This document shows positions 53,050-64,000 of a stretch of DNA of 64,000 nucleotides, one piece after another. Both the position numbers and the translations under genes were made by a program. Below the pieces are notes generated by a model. The model had not been told where the DNA came from and ran no database searches. It saw only the letters and a program-made list of their open reading frames with translations. Each line of letters opens with the position of its first letter. Position 1 is the first letter of the stretch. The DNA is taken from the NCBI RefSeq assembly GCF_006345805.1, contig NC_042997.1, forward strand, positions 23,126,001 to 23,190,000. Direction: 5' to 3'. This DNA is from Octopus sinensis. Its lineage: Eukaryota.

Positions 53050-53432
53050 GGCGCAGGAGTGGCTGTGTGGTAAGCAGCTTGCCTACCAACCACATGGTTC
53101 CGGGTTCAGTCCCACTGCGTGGCACATTGGGTAAGTGTCTTCTACTATAGCCTCGGGTTGACCAAAGCCTTGTGAGTGGATTTAGTAGACAGAAACTGAA
53201 AAGAAGGCCTATGTATATATATAGATATATATATATTTCTTTACTACCCACAAGGGGCTAAACACAGAGGGGACAAACAAGGACAGACAAACGGATTAAG
53301 TCAATTACATCGACCCCAGTGAACTGGTACTTAATTTATCGACCCCGAAAGGATGAAAGGCAAAGTCGACCTCGGCGGAATTTGAACTCAGAACGTAATA
53401 GCAGACAAAATACAGCTACGCATTTCGCCCAG

Positions 53433-53480
<48 letters not shown>

Positions 53481-53690
53481 TGTGTCAGTGTTTGTCCCCC
53501 CAACATTACTTGACAACTGATGCTGGTGTGTTTACGTCCCCGTAACTTAGCGGTTTAACAAAAGGGATTGATAGAATAAGTACGAGGCTCACAAAGAATA
53601 AGTCCTGGGGTCGATTTGCTCGACTAAAGGCAGTGCTCCAGCATGGCCACAGTCAACTGACTGAAACAAGTAAAAGAGTAAAGAGAAAGA
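53050..53690. mobile_element. SINE cluster in MARVEL intron 1 (CORE-type + copy interrupted by a reverse-oriented second SINE family and (TG)n)
   Basis: A box tggctgtgtgg, B box gggttcagtccc at 53050-53115; reverse family at 53235-53425; 3' module at 53480-53690. Confidence 0.75.
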
Positions 53691-54290
53691 GTACATCTTT
53701 CCAACAGACTGAATCCACTAGTAAATAGTCAAAATATCCTTTTCAGCTTGTATCATTACAACATGCATAAATATAGGACGGAAATAGCTCTTTGGTTGTT
53801 CAACTCTGCAACCTTAAATTTCTTTTTGGCTCACATTCAGGTGATTTCTAAGTTTTGAGTGTTCATGCAGCATCTGTTATGTCATTTTGTCTTTTTTATT
53901 GAAGTATTGTTCATAATTTATATATATATATATTGTGGTTTAGACCCAAGTCTGTTCTTATGAAGATGATCTTGTGAAACATGAAAAGTTGGTTTATCAA
54001 CCATTGTTTCCATGTCGACTTTTTCTCCTAAGAAGTTGGCAAAAACTTGTATGAAATGTGTCAAAACCTTTGTAGTAAACAAATTATGTTTATTATTTAG
54101 TAATAGACATTGAACTGTCAGAAGTAACAAAACCTATGGTATTTAATCACATCTTTATGTTCTTTGTTCAAATCTTTCAGATGTGAACTTTGCCTTTTAT
54201 CCTTCATAAAATAAAGTGCCCATCCAGTATTGAGGTTGATCTTAATCTCTATACTCTATCCCCCAAATTTTAGGTATTATACTTATATTA

Positions 54291-54505
54291 GTTTCAAACT
54301 TTGGCACAAGGCCAGCAAGTTCAGGAGACGGGGTAAGTTGATTACATCAACCCCAGTGTTCTCATGATACTTGTTTTATCAACCCTGGAGGGATGAAAGA
54401 AAAAAATTGACCTTAGTGTAATTTGAATTCAGAACATAAAGTTGGACAAAATGCAACTAAGCATTTTGCTTGGCTTGCCGACAATTCTGCCAGTTCATTG
54501 CCTTA
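54291..54505 (-). mobile_element. Second SINE family, reverse copy
   Basis: Reverse complement aligns to 55255-55470 and 58365-58570 (...gctggccttgtgccaaa.tttgaaac). Confidence 0.72.
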
Positions 54506-55254
54506 GGTCTTACTTTGGTCTTTGCCATGTTGAACTTTGGGCCTTTGAACTATAAGTCTTTTCCTTCCAGTAGCTTTCAACAGTGTCCAGACAAACACTT
54601 ACTTGAACATTAAATTATTCGTTGAATTTGCTACCAATCTTGACCTTACTTGTGTGTGCAGAAATTTGCATTGTGTGCAAATTTTGTATTTTTTTGCAAA
54701 GTATATGCACATCTATGCAAATAATCATCACTCAAATCAAAATTCTTCAATTAAAATAATCCAGTTTCATTTTGAAAATATCTGCACACACATTTTTCCT
54801 TTACCAGTAGTAAAACATGTATGTACACACACACAAGTGCATGGTTTAGGGAGAATATTCCCTGTATATATAACCAAAACTGCTTTCATCAATCTTAATC
54901 TTCACCAAATTTTTTTGACAACCTCAAGATTTTAGCAAGTAAAACCTTCCTATCAAAGACTTTTTCTAGATTGAAAAATTCCAAAGTAGTGTTAAAAACA
55001 TTTTGTTCTTGCACTTTCTAATGGACACAACATGCCAAGTGATTAAAAAGTTTGCTTCACAATCACGAGGCCCCAGGTTTGTTCCCACTGCATGGTATAT
55101 TGGGCAATAGTTTTTACCATTGCTCTGGATCAAACCAAGGCCTTGTGAGTGAAATTGGGTGGAAAGAAACTGAAGAAGTTGATTGAGTAACTGAATATTC
55201 ATTGCTGAAACCAAAGGCAATCCATTTACTTTTTATATTTAATATTTTCCTTCT

Positions 55255-55470
55255 TAAGACAGCAAGCTGACAGAATTGTTAGCATGCTGGGTAAAATGTT
55301 TAGCGGTATTTCATGTCATTATATTCTGAGTTCAGATTCCACCAAGGTTGACTTTGCCTTTCATCGTTACAGGGTTTATAAAATGATTACCAGTTAAATA
55401 CTGGGTCTGATTTAATTGACTCATCCCTTCTCCAAAATTGCTGGCCTTGTGTCAAAATTTGAAACCAGTA
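55255..55470 (+). mobile_element. Second SINE family, forward copy
   Basis: agcaagctgacagaattgttagc...tctgagttcagattcc...gctggccttgtgtcaaaatttgaaac. Confidence 0.7.
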
Positions 55471-56003
55471 GTTATCTTACTTTACATGTAATTAAGTTTT
55501 ACTCACAATTTGTAAATGTCTTTACATTGTCGAATATTTTACACTGATGACAACAGTAGCAACATGGATGACAATTAGACGTTGATGATTATTATATTTT
55601 TTAACATAAACACTGGGCCCAAAACTGTGCAGGAAGGAGCTTACACAATAAGATTGCCCTTTCTTGTAGTTGATTGGTACTTATTTTATTAATTCTGGAA
55701 GGAGGAACACCTTTGATAATAGGTCTATTCAATCAGAACTGACCAAACAGAATATAACTTTGTAAACTTGTTGCACTTACTATTTGCAAATATAGATAAT
55801 CCTTAGTTACTTTGTTTTTTTCTATTTCACTTTATATTAAAAAATTTGAAAATTTTATGCCTAAAGGCACAGGTAAGAAGCTTGCTTCCTGACTACATGG
55901 TTCTGGATACAGCCCCACTGCATAGCACAAGTGTCTTCTACTATGGTCTCAGGCCTACCAAAGCCTTGTAAGTGGATTTGGTAGAAGGAAACTGAAAGAA
56001 GCC

Positions 56004-56055
<52 letters not shown>

Positions 56056-56686
56056 ATATTTATGTGCATGTGTGTCTGTGTTTGTCACCTCACCATTGCT
56101 TGACAACCAATGCTGGTGTGTTTATGTCCCTGTAACCTTGTGGTTCAGCAAAATAGACCGATAGAATAAGTATGAGGCTTACAAAGTTCTGGGGTTGATT
56201 TCTTCAACTAAAACCCTTTAAGGCAGTGCTCATGCATGGCTGCTGTCAAATGACTATAAAAAGTGTAAGAATAAAAGAATAAAAGTAAATTTGTAATATG
56301 TCTACTCTAGCAATATTTGAACTCAGAATATAATGAGAAGTAAGCTGTTGCAGTTTATTGTCTGAAACTGGTGATTTTACCATCCCGCATCTTTGTTGAT
56401 GATTATAAGGGTAAAAATAATGTCACCATTGACACCATTGGTGATGATAAAGATATGAGACAATGAAAAAGCCTTTACATATGTACTCAGTCGGCTAGAA
56501 ATAACAGTTAAACATTTGAAGGTGACTTAACAGCTATTTTTATATAAAGGTAGAACAGATAAACATCTGAAAATAGTTGGTTACATTGCAACACATTTGC
56601 TTGACTAGGATGGCCCTGGGCTAACAGAAATACTAACATGAAATTAAAAAAAACAAACAAACAATACTTATCAATGTTTATTTCAG

Positions 56687-56860
56687 GTCTTCACACTGAT
56701 TGCTTTCATCTGTGCTTGTATCAACCCCTGGTGGACACGTTGGGGCGGTGCATGGGTGCAGTTTGTTGCTATTTCTGCATTTGCTTGGAGTCTCCTGTCT
56801 TTCTTCTTCCACATCTGCAATGCCTTCAATAATCAGAATGCCCACCGTTTTCATGTAGCA
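56687..56860 (+). CDS. MARVEL-domain protein, coding exon 2 (end of TM1, loop, TM2)
   Basis: tttatttcag acceptor, GCA|gtgagt donor, 174 nt open: VFTLIAFICACINPWWTRWGGAWVQFVAISAFAWSLLSFFFHICNAFNNQNAHRFHVA. Joins exon 1 in frame. Confidence 0.9.
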
Positions 56861-56895
56861 GTGAGTATATTTTTGTTTTCTATATCTCTTTATAA

Positions 56896-57313
56896 AAAAG
56901 CTACAGTAACACCCACCCTTAGTGGTTAGCCATATTGAGATGGCTAGTATACTTTACGTTGTCGAGCGGTTACTGTTTACATCTCGTTCAGAGATTTATT
57001 ATTGCTTGCAGACAGTTTTTCGAAATCAGTGACGGAAGTTACTGGGAAAAACAATAAGTATTTGCAAACAGGTCAACCGTCATCGTAAACCGGTGATTGC
57101 CGTACGCCGAAGACAGGCAAATACCTAGAAACTGCAGCCCGTGTGTATCACTTAGGTTTACGAGAGAGGGATGACCTCCCTTTGCAAATACCATAAGGGC
57201 ACAGAAAGTGTGCCTAAAGCCAGCTGGAGACGATGATCTCCTGGGGATAAAAGCTACAGTAACACCCACCCTTAGCGGTTAGCCATATTGAGATGGCTTT
57301 TATACTTTACGTT
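56896..57313. repeat. 65-bp direct repeats flanking a 288-bp CpG-rich core (period 353 bp)
   Basis: 56896-56960 vs 57249-57313, three mismatches. Confidence 0.9.
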
Positions 57314-57769
57314 ATCTCTTTATTATTTTTTGTTAATATCATTTACTTAGAATATTTTTTATCATGACCCAATGAAGGAGCATCTACAACAGTAGGTTCT
57401 CAACCACTTTTTGCCTATAGACCCTTTGATTCCTATTTTACTCAACTGGACCCTCATACCTATTCAATATTTAAAAAAATGTATTATATTTTTATAATTG
57501 AATATGATTAAGAATTGTGTAAAAATATTGTTACAATATTTTGTGTATTTTAAAAATATAGCCAATTTATTGAACATAAAATTTTAACAGCAAAAATTTA
57601 TATGGAGTCCAAAGAGTCAAGTCCTGTCACTAATATTTTAATCACACACACATGGGTGTCCTTTCCATATCCTCCTAAACTCTAAAACCTTGTTTGTATG
57701 TTTAAAAAAAAATCATTAAAAATTGTATCTATTCACAATGTTTTCTTTTTAATTTTTATTCTTTTCCAG

Positions 57770-57868
57770 GAAGCCATACTCTACAGTATATTTACAATAT
57801 GTTTGTTGTCTGCTGGTATCATTGCTGCAATTAGAGCTTACAGCCGAAGTAGCATAGTAGCAGCCACT
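57770..57868 (+). CDS. MARVEL-domain protein, coding exon 3 (TM3)
   Basis: cttttccag acceptor, ACT|gtgagt donor, 99 nt: EAILYSIFTICLLSAGIIAAIRAYSRSSIVAAT. Confidence 0.9.
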
Positions 57869-57959
57869 GTGAGTTTCACAAATATTTCATGTTCAAAGGA
57901 ATTTTATTTCATTATTTAGAAAGATTTTGATCTTGGTACTGTAACACATTCTAAGCATT

Positions 57960-58335
57960 ATAGGCACAGGGGTGGCTGTGTGGCAAGTAGCTTACTTACC
58001 AACCACATGGTTCCAGTTTCAGTCCCACTGTGTGGCACCTTGGGCAAGTGTCTTCTACTATAGCCTCAGGGTGACCAAAGCCTTGTGCACGGATTTGGTA
58101 GATGGAAACTGAAAGAAGCCTCTCGTATATATATGTATATATTTGTTTGTCTGTATTTGTCCCCCTACCATCGCTTGACAATCAATGTTGGTGTGTTTAT
58201 GTCCCCATAACTTAGTGATTCGGCAAAAAGAAACCGATAGAATAAGTACTAGGCTTACAAAGAATAAGTCCTGGGATTGATGTGTTCGACTAAAGATGGT
58301 GCTTCAGCATGGCCACAGTCAAATGACTGAAACAA
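57960..58335 (+). mobile_element. Full-length CORE-type SINE
   Basis: tRNA-like head, ccttgggcaagtgtctt core, (TA) spacer and 3' module ending aaaagaataaaagag. Confidence 0.78.
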
Positions 58336-58580
58336 ATAAAAGAATAAAAGAGTTAAGTCTCACAAGGCAGCAAGATGACAGGATTGTTAACACGCTGGGC
58401 AAAATGCTAAGCGGCATTTCATCTGTCTTTATGTCTGAGTTGAAATTCCACAAAGGACTTTGTCTATTATCCTTTCAGAGTCAATAAAATAAGTAACAGT
58501 TCATCACCGGGGGTGATGTAATCAACTTACCTACTCTCCAAAATGCTGGCCTTGTGCCAAAATTTAAAACCATTAATTAA

Positions 58581-58801
58581 CCCTTTCGTTACTGTATTTA
58601 TTTTGAGATGCTCTGTGTTTCTTTCAATTACTTTAAATATAACAAAGAATTTAGTAAAATAACTTAGTTATCTTTCAGCTAGTGTTAGGAATATAAATTG
58701 TGATTAAGGTTTGGCGGAAGATTTTAATTCAAAACTTATGAAAACAAGACATTTGTACCTCAGAGCCAGAGCTGGTTTCAGCCAGGTTGGTAACGAAAGG
58801 G
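58581..58801. mobile_element. piggyBac-type MITE
   Basis: TTAA|CCCTTTCGTTAC ... GTAACGAAAGGG|TTAA; TTAA at 58577-58580 and 58802-58805; eroded relative near 21240-21390. Confidence 0.9.
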
Positions 58802-59552
58802 TTAAGTGTCCTATCCGTGACTTCATTGTTAGTCTTTGAAATTAAATTTTTATACCATGTTAGCATGGGTAAATCAGAGTTTCCTCTCAAATACAAATAT
58901 TTGAAAGAATCTTTTTTCTTTTGCTGCAAACATTGCCAATGGTTACGATAACTTGGGAGCAATTTAGTTAACTAATTCCCTCTCTCAAATTTCAGATCAT
59001 GTATCATTTGAGAAATAATTATGTTATGTGAGTGTGTGTGTGTGTGTGTGTGTGTTTGCATGTGTGCATGTGTGTGTGTGAAGCCTAATTGTATTTATCT
59101 GCATTACTATCTCTCTCTCTCTCTCTAATATATATATATGTATATATATATAGAGAGAGAGACAAAGAGAGCGAGAGAAAAAGAGACAGAGACAGACAGA
59201 CAAACGGATAGATTAATTATCATGTACTTGCTAGAGGGCAATATATACACATGTATTATTAATTAATAAGAAGGCATGTACCTGGTGGTTAAGGTGTTGC
59301 ATGCAAGATCTTCAGATCATGGTTTTGATTCCCAGACCAGTGGTGTATTGTGTTCTTGAGCAAAACACTTCCATCGCATGTTGTTCCAGTCTACTCAGCT
59401 GTAAATGGTTACCCATTTACTGGCATCACATTCAGGAGGAATGTTAGCTAGCTTGCCTAACCAGCAGTGTGGCATCATTCAGAAGTCACAACATTGTGAC
59501 CAGCAATGTATAACAACATCCAATAGTTTGGTTGATACAGTAATATTATTAA

Positions 59553-59946
59553 CTAGCAGTATCGCCCGGCATTGCTCGGGTTTGTTTCGACCCTTTAGAA
59601 TTGGAATTTTTGAAAAGAAAAAATTTTGCATTATGTAGCTTGTTATTCTCTTTAAGTAAACATTTTTCTGGTTGAAATACACCGAAAAATGGCAGCGTAG
59701 CAGTAAAAAAATCGTAAAAAATAGGGATTTTCATAGAAAAAAAAAGCACCTTTTTGATGTAAATAATTTTTGGTGTTAACATGGTTCGATTTGAATTTTT
59801 TCTTCTGCGGAAGGAAGAGCAAGTCTTCTTCTATCATACTCTCAATTTTGGTCAACTTGCCCCACAGGGTCTCGGAGGAGACAGTGTTAGTTGAATTCTA
59901 TCAAGCCTGCCATACACAGACAACTTCAGCTTTATATATATAGAGA
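59553..59946 (-). mobile_element. Non-autonomous Helitron in the last MARVEL intron
   Basis: Minus strand A|TC start; GC hairpin cccgagcaatgccggg just before CTAG|T: canonical Helitron ends. Confidence 0.82.
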
Positions 59947-60001
59947 TAATATATATAGAGAGATAATAATGTTTTACATGTATGTATCTTTATTTTGCCA
60001 G

Positions 60002-60145
60002 ATATTTACCATTATGGCTACTGTCCTATATGGCGTTGAATCAATTCTTCTATTCCGTGATTGGTCAGATAGTCGTGGCTCAAATTCTTCAGCTGGAAGA
60101 CCACAACCAACTACATCAGAACCACCAAGTAATCCCAATGTATAA
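60002..60145 (+). CDS. MARVEL-domain protein, final coding exon (TM4 and cytoplasmic tail)
   Basis: tattttgccag acceptor; IFTIMATVLYGVESILLFRDWSDSRGSNSSAGRPQPTTSEPPSNPNV then TAA. Spliced product is 179 aa with four hydrophobic helices. Confidence 0.88.
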   Translation: MFTIMATVLYGVESILLFRDWSDSRGSNSSAGRPQPTTSEPPSNPNV

Positions 60146-60489
60146 GTTCCTCCAGTTGAATCACAACCTTTCTGTCTCCTTTTGTAATAAATATAATACA
60201 TTTTTTAAAAAACATTTGATATAATTTTATACCTACATTTATATTATATATAAATATAATTCATTTATATATATATGTATATCAATTTATCACTCTGTTT
60301 TTTTTTATATATACATATGCATACATGTATCAATATATCCATGTACATGCTAAATATATACAAATATATTTAGATATTTACCTGTGTATGTTATAAGAAT
60401 GTATTCATTTGTATGTGTATGTAAATATACAACACATGTAATAATATACATGCTTATACATATACAGTTTACATAATATACATGAGTAT

Positions 60490-60527
<38 letters not shown>

Positions 60528-61057
60528 TATGCAAGTGTGTCTATCAGAATGAAATTGTATTTGTATATAAAATAAATCTTTCCAGAACTTTGTCTTTCTC
60601 TAGTGTTTTTATTTCATTTAGTGAGCTTAATCAAAATTGGATTTTAATATTAATATTGCAAAGCAATATTTTTCTCATGAGGTTGAAAGAGAGATAGTAT
60701 CATAACAAGTTGGACTGAGAAGAATCTACCATTCCATAAGGAACTATGTGACTAAAATGAATATTACAAATCATAATTATAAGTTAAGTTATGTAATATG
60801 TATTTGAACAATCATATAATTCATAAAGTGAAATTGAGTTAATATACTTAAAGTTAATTATTGAACTAAATCATATCTTGTATAAGCATATATGTATAAA
60901 AGCCAGCCATCACCCAGAGGTAAATATGACTTGGTAACACGTACTATACTTTTGCTAGAGGTTTTTAGGTGCCTTTATAGTTGGAAGCAGGCAGACATAC
61001 CATATTGATTCTCACGCCCTTTGATTCCATAGTGTATTCAGTATGTGACAGTTCAAA

Positions 61058-61097
<40 letters not shown>

Positions 61098-61513
61098 CTG
61101 CTTCAGTTTTCACCTGGTACTCATTTGCAGCTGAGTGATAGCATGAAATAAAATATCTTGTTTAAGGATAGAACTGAATCCATGACATTATGATCATGAG
61201 TCAAATATCCTAATCACTAGGCCTTATGCTTTCACAAACACCCACACACACATATATAGTTACAGGGTAGTACAATCCAAAAGATCCTGGTATAGGAGGT
61301 TAGTAAGCTTCAAGCAAGTCCACAGCTATTATAGAAGGTGGACACTATATGATAATAACCATTGTATGTTATATGCTTTATCCCATATTGAAATCAATGG
61401 AAATTTTGATAAACTGACAGTCACAATACAACATTCAGTTTAGCAGCTATGTAAAATTGCTAAATATTCAAGTAAAAATCTAAGAATGGAAGAAATAGGA
61501 AAGGTAAATAACA

Positions 61514-61780
61514 ACTACATATATTTCATAATTAAATGATATTTGTTACATGACCTGTAACACATACAAAAACCCATTTAGCTAATCCTCAGGTCCAAAT
61601 ACCTTTGAATTGTTTACATCATCACATGGAGATGAATAAATGATTGAGCAATGTAGCCACAGCACAAAAACAATAATGCATAAGACTTGACAGTAATCAA
61701 ACCAGAGGATTAGCTAAATGGGTTTTGTGTATGTTACAAGTTATATAACAAATATAATTTAACTATGAAACATATGTAGT
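61514..61780. repeat. Inverted repeat (~77-bp arms, ~115-bp spacer), probable MITE
   Basis: 61514-61590 is the reverse complement of 61705-61780, including the core aaaacccatttagctaatcctc. Confidence 0.88.
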
Positions 61781-62072
61781 CTTTATTTACTTTTTCCATT
61801 CCTTACATTCTAAGAAACATATATATATATATCATCATTTAACATCTGCCTTCCATGTTGGCATGGGTTGGACAGTTTGACAGGAGCCTGCACCAGGCTT
61901 CTGTGTCTGTTTTGGTAGGGTTTTTATGGCTGGATGCCCTTTTTAACACCAACCACTCAACAGAGTGCACTGACTGCTTTTTATGTGGTACAAGCACAGG
62001 CAAGGTCAGCTAGGCATGGTTTTTACAGTTGGATGCCCTTTCAAACACCGACCACTTTATATATACATATAT

Positions 62073-63065
62073 ATATTGGGTCATCCCATAAAAAATGTGT
62101 ATTTTTATACGTTTTTTATTTTTCAAAATTTAGATAAACTAAGTTCTTTTTTAATCTAAAATATACTCTCCTTCATTTTCTACAATGCTCTTCCATCTAT
62201 CTGGTAGACTTGGAAGGCCCCTCTTCCCAAATTCTCCTCCAGTACTGTGCTCACCTTGTTTACAGAATTCATATTTTTTCCATCCAAATGATTTTGAAGA
62301 CAGCACAATAAATGATAATCAAATGGAGCAATGTCTGGTGAATATGGTGGGTGGGGCATCGTTTCCCATTCAAACTGCTCCAGCCTTTGGAATGTCATCT
62401 TTGTTGTATGTGGCTGAGCATTATCCTGATGGTAGAACACATTTTATCTTGAAACCAAAGATGGTCCTTTTTTTTATAGTACTGACTTAAGCTGCTCACA
62501 GTGGATCTCCTTTGTTATTGTTTGGTTTGGGTTTAAAAGTTCAAATTGAACTAAACCTTTCATATCCTAACAAACAGATAACAACACCTTACATGGGTGA
62601 AGACCTTCTTTAGCCTGGGGTGCAGATGTTTCTCCTTTCCCTACCCACTGTTTTCAGTGCTTGACATTTTTATAGAGAACCTATTTCTTGTCACCACTCA
62701 CTATTTGGTCCAAAAAGGGTTCATTTGTGATTAGACTTGGGAACTTTTGTGAAAAACCCGTTGACCCAATTTACTGACTTTTCTGATAACATGCAGGTGT
62801 CATTGAATTGTTGAATGACCAAATCCAAGCTTCTCTGCTAGTTCCTCAACAATTACAGTGGGATTTTGTTCCACTAGGGTTTGCAGGACATCCTCATCGA
62901 GGCTTGTCTTCTAGGCTGTAGTTTCCAGCTCAAAATTTCTGGAAAAACTATTGACACTGGCTTATGCTTATTGTCTGATCCCCATATACTGCATTAGTAT
63001 TTCTCACACTTTCTGTTGTGCTCATAATGCAAAATATGGCAAATATGCTCCTTTGTTACTTCCAT
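62073..63065 (-). mobile_element. Decayed mariner (DD34D-type) transposase
   Basis: Start MEVTKEHICHILHYE at 63065; catalytic-end motifs HQDNAQPH and HPPYSPDIAPFDYHL; one TIR-like end tattgggtcatcccataa at about 62075. Confidence 0.88.
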
Positions 63066-64000
63066 TATAGCTTTGAAAAAATAACTGTTAAAATCAAATT
63101 GCACTCTTCACAAAGAATAAGGACAAGGTAAAACTACTAACTGTTTTTATAGCAAGTTGATGCAGGTACTCTATCCCATTCCCCTCCAACTTCTTTGTAA
63201 TCTTTTTGTCCTGTTTCTTCTGCCATCCTATTCATTAACCGACATTCTAAACAATTCATTTGCACGTTTTCACATTTAAATGACAGATATATGTAAATAA
63301 AGCTTGCTATTTGTAAATAGTCTCATTTTGGTTTAAATATTAGACCACAAACAACTGTATTCATTTCTGCATTTTCACACGTTTGTAATCGGCAAAAAAA
63401 ATCGATATCACTAACTTTAGTTAACTGTAATCAACCACGTGCATTCGTGGTCAAATGTGTTCTTACAGCTGTTTTTTGTGTAATAAACCAGCTGACATGA
63501 AAAACTACTGGGAAAAGGCAGCTACTTTAAGTGAACAAAAAAGTGAAAATAAAGCAGATAAATAACTGGTGATTACTCAATTTTCTGAAGATGTTCTCAA
63601 CAAAATTCAATTGAAAGTAGAAAAGACTAATTGATTGCTTATAAAATGTGGAAAATTTGGGGGTTTACATCTAAAACCTTGCCTAACGTTTCTCATCCAA
63701 CTTAAGAAAATAAGTGGTATTGTTCAAATTTTGTGATAAAATTGATTTGCAAAGAACATGCCTTATGTTATTTTATTGCACATTGTGTTATTTCACCCCC
63801 GAGTTTCAAATCTTTTTGAGCAAAGAGAGACTTCCCTAAGCATTTTTGCACCTTTATTGAGTAGCAGTTTCTGTTTGCCTGTCCATCGGGTGGTTAAAAC
63901 TTCCAATTATAATTTTATTCGAAACTAATGTTACTTATCCCGCATTTCTTACCACTACGTCAGTGAAAATCAAAATAAAATACGTAAAGCAAGTCATCAA

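Noticed and set aside
53050-53125. tRNA gene candidates (A/B boxes), here and at 24768, 57960, 59275
   Set aside because: No cloverleaf or acceptor stem; they continue into SINE bodies, so they are tRNA-derived SINE heads.

Overview
AT-rich, repeat-dominated eukaryotic (animal) genomic DNA. The SINE, LINE and microsatellite families look like those of an octopod cephalopod (inference from repeat content, not database-checked). One host gene is well supported: a + strand, four-coding-exon MARVEL-domain tetraspan protein (CMTM/plasmolipin/MAL-like, 179 aa; CDS exons 52274-52396, 56687-56860, 57770-57868, 60002-60145; all introns phase 0, GT-AG), with at least one unlocated upstream exon. The rest is mostly mobile-element debris: RTE LINEs with a C4HC3 PHD-type finger inside the RT, many isolated RTE 3' tails, a second BovB-like RTE, CR1-like and Tx1/L1-like LINE relics, a Penelope-like element with an inverted pLTR, three mariner relics, several Merlin (ISXO2-like) transposase fragments, hAT-Charlie and piggyBac MITEs, two non-autonomous Helitrons, tRNA/CORE-type SINEs and about 3.3 kb of (TA)/(CA) compound microsatellite. 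Most notable: minimal hammerhead ribozyme motifs (one inside a near-perfect 143-bp palindrome), two unrelated mariners whose 3' half is replaced by an inverted copy of their own 5' end, a near-identical 922-bp tandem duplication of an old mariner, a TSD-bounded Merlin nested in a Merlin cluster, and a 353-bp-period direct-repeat element in a MARVEL intron. Nearly all short ORFs in the supplied track are spurious or TE-derived.
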